Positions 14,999-22,195 of a DNA stretch of 35,590 nt are shown here, piece by piece. Every line of letters begins with the position of its first letter. Positions within the stretch are counted from its first letter, which is position 1. The notes under the pieces were generated by a model. It searched no databases. It was not told where the DNA came from and saw only the letters and a list, made by a program, of their open reading frames with translations. A program made the translations under genes and the position numbers. This DNA is from a virus: the IMG/VR virus record IMGVR_UViG_3300045988_094110; one strand, written 5' to 3'.

Positions 14999-16160
14999 AC
15001 TCACGATTTTTCTGCTTAAGAGTCCTTGTTTGTTCAATAAGCGCAATGTATTCACTTTCCGTTAGCTTGGTTATATTCTGTCCTTCGGCAATCAGTTCAT
15101 TTGCCTTACCGAGCTTTCTGGCAACCGCCCATTCAGGAAGGTGAGAAATGTCCCCGACAACAAGATATACGGTCTTGGTGTTTACTTTTTCCCGAAGATT
15201 CGCGCCAACATCCTTTAATAAGCCTTCAAGGTAATCCCGGTCAAGGAAAAAATCACCGGTAAAAGCGAAATTTTTATCAAAAATAGGTGACCATGCAAAT
15301 TCCTTTGCGATAGCGGCCTTTTGTGATTTTTTCCGCTCGCGTTCCTGATGCGTAAATTCCTTCTCGTCTGTAGTCATTTTTCGGATACAATATTGCAACA
15401 AGCTGTTTGCGGTTTTTGCATCATCTAAAGCGCGATGAGCATTACCTGTATCCAGGCATAGACGATTTGCAAGAGATTGTAGCCTATAAGATTTCCCGGG
15501 GATGCAGTTTCTAGCAACTTTTACCGTATCAATATAAGAAATAGATGCTATTTCGGTGTGGTCTGAAATAGCACGAGAGACAAAAGCTAAGTCGAAAGTG
15601 ACATTGTGCCCAACAACAATCTGATTTTTTATTCTTGATACAACATCTGGAATTACATCCTCTAACTGCGGGGCATCGCGCAAGTCAGACTCGGAAATTC
15701 CATTTATGGCGGTAGCCTCCGAAGAAATAGGAATAGTCGGCTTTATGAGGCTTGTATATTCGTTTGTAATTTCTCCATTTTTGACTGTAATGATTCCGAT
15801 TTCAACCATCTGATCTTTTTCTGGGCTGAGGCCGGTGGTTTCAGTATCAAGCACGACATAATCTGTCAATTTTTTAAGGCTTTCTATATCATCGGGGGCA
15901 TTTACCAATGAAATGCGATTATTTTTGTTAGAGGTAAATGACCCCGGTGCTTTAAGCTCTTTGACGTTCTGCCCCAGTAGCTGTTGCAGACAAATCAGAA
16001 CAAACCCATAAGCTAAAAGCGCAACCAAAAGCGAACTAGCCAAAGAAATGAAAATGCCATGGCCTTCTACGAGATAATACGAAAATAAAATAAAAGTGAC
16101 AAGAACAGCGCTCAAAAGCGAAAGAACTTTGATAGTTTTCTTTGATGAAGTGTTTTTCAT
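14997..16160 (-). CDS. Membrane-anchored DEDDh (DnaQ/epsilon-like) 3'-5' exonuclease with a C-terminal BRCT domain
   Basis: Two N-terminal hydrophobic helices. Exo motifs VVLDTETTGL, GHNVTFDLAFV and HRALDDA. BRCT-like region FAFTGDF...TVYLVVGD...KLGKANEL. ATG 16160 lies 6 nt after RBS AAGGTG and 14 nt after the repressor stop (the ORF track extends to 16190). Sampled 60-nt lines are ~33-37% G+C. Confidence 0.75.
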   Translation of the reverse strand: MKNTSSKKTIKVLSLLSAVLVTFILFSYYLVEGHGIFISLASSLLVALLAYGFVLICLQQLLGQNVKELKAPGSFTSNKNNRISLVNAPDDIESLKKLTDYVVLDTETTGLSPEKDQMVEIGIITVKNGEITNEYTSLIKPTIPISSEATAINGISESDLRDAPQLEDVIPDVVSRIKNQIVVGHNVTFDLAFVSRAISDHTEIASISYIDTVKVARNCIPGKSYRLQSLANRLCLDTGNAHRALDDAKTANSLLQYCIRKMTTDEKEFTHQERERKKSQKAAIAKEFAWSPIFDKNFAFTGDFFLDRDYLEGLLKDVGANLREKVNTKTVYLVVGDISHLPEWAVARKLGKANELIAEGQNITKLTESEYIALIEQTRTLKQKNRE

Positions 16161-16174
16161 TTTCGGCACCTTAT

Positions 16175-16813
16175 TTACAGTTTCCTGCACAAGCCAACGG
16201 CCTTGCCTTCGATGGTGATGGTGTTCATATCTTCGCCGATGCGGATGATTGTGGGAAAGGCTGGGTTTTCGGCGCGGAGCTCGATGTGGTCGGTGAACAG
16301 AAACACGCGCTTAAGGGTGGCCTCGCCATCGATCAGGACGGCAGCGACCTCGCCGTTCTCGACCATCGGCTGGCTGTGGATGGCTACGACATCGCCGTCT
16401 TTGATTTTTGGCTCCATGCTGTCGCCCTGGCACAGCAGCGTGAAGTCGGCGTGCCAATCGCTGGGGACTTCATCGTAGGCCTCGACATTCTCCTCCGCGA
16501 GGATGGGTGTGCCGCAGGCGATTTGCCCCACACGCGGGATGCGGTCCCGCTTCGGCAGCGGCTGGAACCCGGCAGGGATGGGAGTAGCGGCAACAGGATT
16601 TTTCCGTTCGACGGTTGATCGCCCCATGAGATAATCCATGTCGACATTGAAAATGTCTGCGATAGCTTCAAGCGTTTCAAAATCTGGTTCGCGGCTGCCA
16701 GTTTCATACATGCCTATCGTACTGCGGGATACTTTTAGCAAGGCAGCGAGTTGCTCTTGCGTTATGCCTCTTTCGATGCGAAGGGATTTTATAATTGCCG
16801 AAAATTTAGCCAT
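16175..16813 (-). CDS. Phage repressor, XRE HTH + S24 (LexA/cI-type) autopeptidase
   Basis: 212 aa. N-terminal HTH (ITQEQLAALLKVSRSTIGMYETG). C-terminal GDSMEP...LKRV Ser/Lys dyad. Confidence 0.9.
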   Translation of the reverse strand: MAKFSAIIKSLRIERGITQEQLAALLKVSRSTIGMYETGSREPDFETLEAIADIFNVDMDYLMGRSTVERKNPVAATPIPAGFQPLPKRDRIPRVGQIACGTPILAEENVEAYDEVPSDWHADFTLLCQGDSMEPKIKDGDVVAIHSQPMVENGEVAAVLIDGEATLKRVFLFTDHIELRAENPAFPTIIRIGEDMNTITIEGKAVGLCRKL

Positions 16814-16844
16814 GCGAAGTCAATCCTCTCTGTGTACTAATCTT

Positions 16845-16872
16845 ATAATATCGCGAATCGTGAGAAAGTCAA
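16845..16872 (-). promoter_or_regulatory. Candidate repressor (PRM-like) promoter
   Basis: On the minus strand: TTGACT, a 16-nt spacer, TATTAT, then RBS GAGAGGA before ATG 16813. Confidence 0.45.
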
Positions 16873-16894
16873 CCGCAAAATGTCACGAAATGTG

Positions 16895-16922
16895 TTGACA
16901 AATACCAAGAGCGTGATATACT
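16895..16922 (+). promoter_or_regulatory. Candidate early lytic (PR-like) promoter
   Basis: TTGACA (16895-16900), a 16-nt spacer containing a TGn extended -10, then TATACT (16917-16922). Confidence 0.5.
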
Positions 16923-16931
16923 GTATATATA

Positions 16932-16946
16932 GTCACGGTTCGTGAC
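16932..16946. promoter_or_regulatory. Operator-like palindrome GTCACG-gtt-CGTGAC just after the PR -10 box
   Basis: Perfect 6-3-6 palindrome. Related half-sites (a)TGTCACGA occur at 16880-16888. Confidence 0.5.
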
Positions 16947-16968
16947 AAATGAAAGCGAGGTGATTCTG

Positions 16969-17166
16969 ATGGATTCGGAGAAGATTGCGCAAACATTGGT
17001 TGAACTGCGGGGCGCTCGACCGCGCGCCGAGGTTGCAACAGCGCTGGGTGTAAGCGTTTCTGCACTGGCGATGTACGAGACTGGCGCTAGAATCCCCCGC
17101 GATGAAACAAAGCGTAAAATCGCGCAGTATTACGAGAAAACCGTGGAGGAGATTTTTTACGCCTAA
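16969..17166 (+). CDS. Cro-like XRE-family HTH protein
   Basis: Divergent from the repressor gene. RBS GAGGTGA lies 5 nt before ATG 16969 (the ORF track starts at 16942). HTH read as RAEVATALGVSVSALAMYETG. Confidence 0.75.
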   Translation: MDSEKIAQTLVELRGARPRAEVATALGVSVSALAMYETGARIPRDETKRKIAQYYEKTVEEIFYA

Positions 17167-17168
17167 AA

Positions 17169-17187
17169 ATGTCACGATAAGTGACAT
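17169..17187. promoter_or_regulatory. Operator-like palindrome ATGTCAC-gataa-GTGACAT
   Basis: Perfect 7-5-7 palindrome sharing the aaaatgtcacga block with 16877-16888. Confidence 0.45.
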
Positions 17188-17191
17188 GCAC

Positions 17192-17208
17192 GTGTCCACC
17201 TTGGACAC
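17192..17208. repeat. 17-bp palindrome family copy 4: GTGTCCA-cct-TGGACAC (perfect)
   Basis: Read directly. Intergenic between the cro-like gene and the next HTH gene, directly 5' of RBS AAGGAG. Confidence 0.9.
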
Positions 17209-17226
17209 GCAAAGGAGTTGATACAG

Positions 17227-17580
17227 ATGAACGGAGTGTACGACAGGATCCGTCAGCTTCGCATTGCCAACGGGCTGACGCTGGAGGAGCTGGCCCGGGC
17301 CGTCGGCTACAAAGGCAGGTCGATGATGTCACAGGTCGAGCTGGGCAAGGTCGATCTGCCGCTGTCCAAGGTCGCCGCTATTGCGCAGGCCCTGCACACA
17401 ACCCCTCAGGAGCTGCTGTTCCCCGCCTCACCTCCCGAGAAGGTGGCTGCAGCTATAACCGTAGCCGTCAAGCTGGACGGCATGGATGAAGCCCTTGATA
17501 AAGCGCACGAACTGGTAAGGACAATCGAAAAGACCAAGTCGCTGGTGGGCGACCTGGCCGTGGACACACAAAGGAGGTAA
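17227..17580 (+). CDS. Second XRE-family HTH regulator
   Basis: ATG 17227 lies 9 nt after AAGGAG (the ORF track starts at TTG 17218). HTH read as LTLEELARAVGYKGRSMMSQVELG. Confidence 0.65.
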   Translation: MNGVYDRIRQLRIANGLTLEELARAVGYKGRSMMSQVELGKVDLPLSKVAAIAQALHTTPQELLFPASPPEKVAAAITVAVKLDGMDEALDKAHELVRTIEKTKSLVGDLAVDTQRR

Positions 17581-17582
17581 GC

Positions 17583-17795
17583 ATGGCACGCGAAAAGCAA
17601 GGCTACCGGGATGCGCTAGAGCGCATCCGGCACGAGGCCGCTGGCGAGATGGTGACAGTGGCCGAGGCCGCGCACATCGTCTACGGCACCGACCCCCAGG
17701 CGGCACGCAAGGTCTGCCGCAATATGCACGGCTGGACCGGCCAGGGCCGCGACAAGCGCATCCCGGCCACCGCACTGGCAAGACAGATCTGCTAG
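17583..17795 (+). CDS. Small DNA-binding-like protein (possible excisionase or regulator)
   Basis: 70 aa with RBS AAGGAGG. The VTVAEAAHIVYG segment resembles excisionase/MerR-type HTH motifs. Confidence 0.35.
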   Translation: MAREKQGYRDALERIRHEAAGEMVTVAEAAHIVYGTDPQAARKVCRNMHGWTGQGRDKRIPATALARQIC

Positions 17796-17806
17796 GAGGT
17801 AAACAG

Positions 17807-18640
17807 ATGACCAAGGAACAGATGCGCGCCGCGTTTGAGCATTGCGACCCGGCGCGGTATCAGGAGTTTTATAATACCGTCCGGGTGCTGGCCGCCCGGC
17901 CGGACATCAACCTGCGGCGCCAGATACAGTTTTTGCTGCTGGCTGCCGATCAGGGCACCCGCCTGTACTGGGCGCGCGTGAAGGGGGGGGCGAGCCGGAC
18001 GATGAGTAAAGCCGCACCCGTCTGGACGCCCGATGAGCTCCGGCAGATGCAGGAGGACTGGCGGCGCGCGGACCACAACCTGGGCCAGGTGGCCGAGCTC
18101 CACGCCTGCACCCGCGCGGATGTTGTTGAAGCACTGGGGCTGACCGAGGCGGACTTGAAGCCGCGCCAAAAGAAAAAGTACCCCAGCTGGGAGACGCAGA
18201 ACCCCGAAAAGGCCGCCGAGTTCGTCCGCCTGCTGGCGGGCGGCGCAGGGATGACCGAGGCCTGCAAGGCGGTGGGCATTAAGAACACCAACACCGGCTA
18301 TGTAATTTACAACCGTATCAGGGAAAGGAACGCACTTATGAGCAACGAAGAAAAAATTGTGACAGCCGTGGCGCAGGCGATTCAGCCGCCCGCAGCGGAT
18401 CAGCCGGAGCCCGTCCGGCCCGAGGATTACACGGTGGACAAGCCCGCCGCGCCCGCCAAGTCCAAAAAGACCGCCCGGGCATTGGCGGACGCGCTGGACG
18501 GCATGAGCCTGTTGGTGGATGTGCTCAACAGTAAAAAGCTGCTGTCTGCCGATGAGGTCGAATTCTGTAAGCGCGTCATGGCGCGGGGCGATGCCTTCCG
18601 CGTCGGCATCGAATACGGGGAGGCGCTGAAGAATGCCTGA
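17807..18640 (+). CDS. Hypothetical early protein with an internal HTH-like segment
   Basis: 277 aa with RBS AGGAGG. Contains GMTEACKAVGIKNTNTGYVIYNRIRE. Confidence 0.5.
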   Translation: MTKEQMRAAFEHCDPARYQEFYNTVRVLAARPDINLRRQIQFLLLAADQGTRLYWARVKGGASRTMSKAAPVWTPDELRQMQEDWRRADHNLGQVAELHACTRADVVEALGLTEADLKPRQKKKYPSWETQNPEKAAEFVRLLAGGAGMTEACKAVGIKNTNTGYVIYNRIRERNALMSNEEKIVTAVAQAIQPPAADQPEPVRPEDYTVDKPAAPAKSKKTARALADALDGMSLLVDVLNSKKLLSADEVEFCKRVMARGDAFRVGIEYGEALKNA

Positions 18641-18917
18641 TATGAACAAGCGCGGCCTGCCCGCCTACGCCTACGCCATGAGCCGCTACACCCAGCGCGT
18701 TGTCCGCGTGGTGCGCGGCGAAAACACACTGTTTGGCATCAGCGTTCAGGGGACCGTGGATGTGCTGAACGAGGCTGCGGGCGTCACCCGCGCCCAGGCT
18801 GCTGCCATGTACGGCGGGGCCGTGTGCGGCTGGGACAGCCCGATGGCCGACCCTAAGAACTACGATGAGGTCGGTTTCTATATCGGCCCAGCAACGGAGG
18901 TTAAAGATGGAGACTAA
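18633..18917 (+). CDS. Hypothetical protein
   Basis: 94-aa ORF that overlaps the upstream stop. Confidence 0.45.
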   Translation: MPDMNKRGLPAYAYAMSRYTQRVVRVVRGENTLFGISVQGTVDVLNEAAGVTRAQAAAMYGGAVCGWDSPMADPKNYDEVGFYIGPATEVKDGD

Positions 18918-19470
18918 AGAAAGCACCACCCCCGCCCAGAGCGGGAACCCCGGTCTGCTGCACGCGGATGAGATCATCGTCAGCGTGCTGGAGACGGACG
19001 CCGACAGCGTGCGCATCAAGTTGTGGCCGGACGCCGCTGCGGTGCGCAGCCGCCTGAGTGTGCTGGAGATGGCGATAGGCGCGGACTCTTACAGCATCCG
19101 CCGCTATGTCTGCGGGCGGGCGCTGTACTGCGCCGTTGCCCTGGACGACGCCACCCGGGACGCCCCCTGCCCGGCGGGGTATCAGGTCAACGCGGACGCC
19201 AACCTCAACGAGGCAGACGGCAGCCTTGTGGCCGCTGCGGCAGAGTGGGGCCTTGGCTTTGGGGTGTTCAACCTGCCGCCCCTGCGCATCAGCAAGGACC
19301 GCGTGCAGATCAACCCCGTGGCGAGCCGCGATGGCAAGACGATCCACCATTACGTGCTGGCGGACAGGCTCACCGTGGCGGGCATCGGCTACGATACGGA
19401 CGGCGATGTGACCGAAATCAAGCTGCGCAAGGCGTCCGATGGGAGCGTGATCACATGGCAAGCAAACTGA
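18907..19470 (+). CDS. Hypothetical early protein (recombination-module position)
   Basis: ATG 18907 follows RBS GGAGG (the ORF track starts at 18865). It precedes NinB. Confidence 0.45.
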   Translation: METKESTTPAQSGNPGLLHADEIIVSVLETDADSVRIKLWPDAAAVRSRLSVLEMAIGADSYSIRRYVCGRALYCAVALDDATRDAPCPAGYQVNADANLNEADGSLVAAAAEWGLGFGVFNLPPLRISKDRVQINPVASRDGKTIHHYVLADRLTVAGIGYDTDGDVTEIKLRKASDGSVITWQAN

Positions 19471-20033
19471 TCGCCCACCTGGCCGCGTGGTACATCCCGA
19501 CCGGGCGCACAGACCTGGATGGCATGGAGGGTCTGACCGTGGACTGCGGCTACCTGCTGGAGGCCCAGCGGATGCACACCGAGCTGGAAGCCCGCGCCCG
19601 CGGCAAGCCCCTGATGGTAGAAATCGAGATCAAGCCGGTGCGGGACAAGCGGACGCTGGACCAGAACAGACTGATGTGGGCCTTGCTGAACAAGCTGGCC
19701 CTGGCAATGAACGGCGGCACCCCGGGCGGGGTGACTGCCGAACAGTGCTATCTGGACCTTTTGGCGGAGTTCGGCGTGGAGAGGGAGATCTTCGAGATGC
19801 CGCTGCGCGCCCTGCCGCAGTTCAAGCGCGCCTACCGCGTGACGCATATCATCGAGCACCTGCCCGGCGGGCGGTGTCGGGTGGCCGCTGCACCGGGGAC
19901 ATCCTGCTACACCACCCAGCAGATGCACGACTTCATTGAGAGGATCTTTGACCAGTTGAGCTTGCTGGGCGTGGACGACGCCGAGACAACCGAGCAGTAC
20001 CGGGACTGGAGGCGTGCCGATGGATTGCATTAA
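19455..20033 (+). CDS. ninB: NinB/Orf-family recombination mediator
   Basis: The motif RDKRTLDQNRLMWALLNKLA matches the NinB hallmark RSLDQN..LW. The in-frame ATG at 19455 lies within track ORF 19023-20033. Confidence 0.6.
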   Translation: MASKLIAHLAAWYIPTGRTDLDGMEGLTVDCGYLLEAQRMHTELEARARGKPLMVEIEIKPVRDKRTLDQNRLMWALLNKLALAMNGGTPGGVTAEQCYLDLLAEFGVEREIFEMPLRALPQFKRAYRVTHIIEHLPGGRCRVAAAPGTSCYTTQQMHDFIERIFDQLSLLGVDDAETTEQYRDWRRADGLH

Positions 20034-20229
20034 GTGCAACAGCAGCCAGGTGCGCGTCATCGACACCCGCGCCAAGGGGACCCGGCGGATATACCGCCGC
20101 CGCGTCTGCATGATGTGCGGCTGCCGCTGGACGACGGTGGAGCCGCCTGTTGGTGATGTGCGCCAGGCGGTAGATGCCGTCAACGGACTGGAGGAGCACC
20201 GTGGCAAAAAGCATACTGCAAAGCGATAA
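20014..20229 (+). CDS. NrdR-like zinc-ribbon protein lacking the ATP-cone
   Basis: CIKCNSSQVRVIDTRAKGTRRIYRRRVCMMCGCRWTTVE parallels the NrdR N-terminal pattern CPxC..T.VxDSR...RRRRxCxxCxxRFTTxE. Confidence 0.55.
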   Translation: MPMDCIKCNSSQVRVIDTRAKGTRRIYRRRVCMMCGCRWTTVEPPVGDVRQAVDAVNGLEEHRGKKHTAKR

Positions 20230-20497
20230 AGAGTGCTACCTGTGCCGCAAGCGCTACAATCTGCGCACCACGCGCAGCCTGGAGGAGCATCACATCCTGT
20301 TTGGACGCGGGCGGCGCGAACTGTCCGAACAGTACGGCCTCAAGGTCTGGCTGTGCCACGACCATCACAATGAGCCGCCCTTGGGCGTCCATTTTGACCC
20401 CACCGCCCGGCGGGAGTTGGAACAGGCGGCACAATTTGCCTTTGATAATCTCCACGGCCCCGGCAGCTTTGCCAAGGTTTTCGGAGAAGAAATTTAG
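20201..20497 (+). CDS. His-Me finger (HNH-like) protein
   Basis: CYLCRK...EEHHILFGRGRRELSEQYGLKVWLCHDHHN. GTG 20201 follows GGAGGAG; the track's alternative start is 20174. Confidence 0.45.
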   Translation: MAKSILQSDKECYLCRKRYNLRTTRSLEEHHILFGRGRRELSEQYGLKVWLCHDHHNEPPLGVHFDPTARRELEQAAQFAFDNLHGPGSFAKVFGEEI

Positions 20498-20510
20498 GAG
20501 GATGCAAACA

Positions 20511-20885
20511 ATGCCCCAGATCGTAAACAAAAAGAGCGTGCTGGAGATGGCGATGGGCGCGATTGCCGAGATTACAGACTATGAGGTAGAGCGGGTCGTG
20601 GCGAACATCATGGACCCCAACACCAACGCCACGGCCAAGCGCAAGATCACCATCACGCTGACGTTCGCGCCGGATGACTACCGCCAGCAGATCGGCATGG
20701 ATGCGCAGGCAAAGACCACCCTCGCGCCGATCCAGCCGGTGCGCACGTCCCTGTGCATTACCAAGGCGCGGGACGGCAGCCTGCCGCTGGCCGAGATGAC
20801 GCCGCAGGTCCCCGGACAGGTGGACATGGACGGCGATGAGACACCGATGCCCGCCATGGCCCGCGTGGGCCGGGCCGGGTATTAA
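20511..20885 (+). CDS. Hypothetical early protein
   Basis: ATG 20511 lies 9 nt after AGGAGG (track ORF 20301-20885). Confidence 0.5.
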   Translation: MPQIVNKKSVLEMAMGAIAEITDYEVERVVANIMDPNTNATAKRKITITLTFAPDDYRQQIGMDAQAKTTLAPIQPVRTSLCITKARDGSLPLAEMTPQVPGQVDMDGDETPMPAMARVGRAGY

Positions 20886-20905
20886 CACACAGAAAGGACA
20901 AGACA

Positions 20906-21649
20906 ATGGAAAACAGCTTTTTGAAAGACGCTATTAACCGTATTGTGGAGCTGGCGACCCCCTTCACCCTGGAAACGCGCGACGGGCGTCAGTTCTGCTC
21001 CGCCAATCTGCGCGAGGTCAGGCCGGAGGTCCCGTCCCCGGTGCGGTACTCGGTGGACACGCTGGAGGCGCTGGTCAAGCTGATCCGCACCGAGGGTATC
21101 AACCACTCGCCCCTGCTGTATGTGCGTGTGGACAGCGCCCGGCGGGTCATGGTGGACACTACATACACGCATAAAGAATACGCAGAGTTCAGCCGCTTGC
21201 CGCTGTATGAGGCCGTGAGCGATGTGCCGAGCATTTCTGTCAACCAATACATGAGCCAGGAACACGCCGTTATCGAACTGCAGAGCCTGTACGCTGTCAC
21301 CGATGACCGTGACTACCTGCTGGCCCTGCTGAGCCGCATTGACGTCAATCAGGGCGTGTCCAGTGTGGACAACGGGATCAGCCAGGAGGTCAGTGTCCGC
21401 ACCGGCGCGGTGCTGAAGGAGCAGCAGACGGTGCAGCCCATCGTCCACCTGCAGCCCTACCGCACTTTCCTTGAGGTCGAGCAGCCCGCCAGCGACTTCT
21501 TGCTGCGCCTCGACAAAAATGGCCGCCCGGCACTGTACGAGGCTGACGGCGGTGCGTGGAAGCTGGAGGCCAAGCGCAACATCGCCGCCTATCTGGGCGA
21601 GCAGCTGGCCGATCTGGTGGAGCGCGGCAGTGTGGTGGTGATGATCTGA
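20906..21649 (+). CDS. Conserved hypothetical phage protein preceding ssb
   Basis: 247-aa ORF with an ATGA overlap onto ssb. Confidence 0.5.
   Translation: MENSFLKDAINRIVELATPFTLETRDGRQFCSANLREVRPEVPSPVRYSVDTLEALVKLIRTEGINHSPLLYVRVDSARRVMVDTTYTHKEYAEFSRLPLYEAVSDVPSISVNQYMSQEHAVIELQSLYAVTDDRDYLLALLSRIDVNQGVSSVDNGISQEVSVRTGAVLKEQQTVQPIVHLQPYRTFLEVEQPASDFLLRLDKNGRPALYEADGGAWKLEAKRNIAAYLGEQLADLVERGSVVVMI
21356..21372. repeat. 17-bp palindrome family copy 5: GTGTCCA-gtg-TGGACAa (1 mismatch)
   Basis: Read directly. It is in a CDS in the same phase as the other coding copies (V-S-S-V-D-N). Confidence 0.75.
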
Positions 21650-22098
21650 TGCTGAATATCTGTGCATTGCAGGGCCGCCTGGCCCGGGACCCGGAGCTGC
21701 GGCAGACCAACACGGGCAAGCAGGTGGCGACGTTCACCCTGGCCGTTGACCGCGGGCGCAGGGACGCAAACGGGCAGAGTCAGGCGGACTGGATACCTGT
21801 CATCGCGTGGGAGAAGGCCGCGGAGTTCGCCTACAAGTGGCTGCACAAGGGCCAGATGGTAGCGGTGGATGGACGGCTCCAGAGCCGAACCTACACGGCC
21901 AAGGACGGCACCAACCGCACCGTGCTGGAGGTTGTGGCCAACAACATCAATTTCTGCGGCAGCAAGGCGGACAACGCCGCCCAGGGCTCCCCTGCCCCGG
22001 CGGGCCAGCCCCGCGTCACCGGTTCGGCACCGGCCTACAATCAGGGGCCGGGTGACGACTTCGCCATGATCGAGGATGAGGGCGACCTCCCCTTTTAA
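21649..22098 (+). CDS. ssb: Single-stranded DNA-binding protein
   Basis: OB-fold pattern (GRLARDPELRQT..G..VATFTLAV...W..V.AW) and an acidic C-terminal tip, DEGDLPF. Confidence 0.9.
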   Translation: MLNICALQGRLARDPELRQTNTGKQVATFTLAVDRGRRDANGQSQADWIPVIAWEKAAEFAYKWLHKGQMVAVDGRLQSRTYTAKDGTNRTVLEVVANNINFCGSKADNAAQGSPAPAGQPRVTGSAPAYNQGPGDDFAMIEDEGDLPF

Positions 22099-22195
22099 AC
22101 GTTGAAAAATTGAAAAATGACCTTGCAGGGATGCGCCGAAAAGAGCGCGGCGCACCCCTGTGTTAAGGTCAGCCGTTTTTAGAAAGGCAGAACCT

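Noticed and set aside
14386-15065. Plus-strand ORFs 14386-14568, 14462-14656 and 14616-15065 in the int-DUF4177 interval
   Set aside because: None has a usable RBS downstream of the only promoter. They overlap terminator-like T-runs and the minus-strand DUF4177 gene. Their translations are low-complexity.
17562-17568. Isolated TGGACAC half-sites next to RBSs (17562, 27274, also 12050, 21054 and 21153) as extra members of the palindrome family
   Set aside because: The number of isolated 7-mers is close to the chance expectation for this composition, which I estimated by hand at a few per 35 kb on both strands. None has a matching left half.
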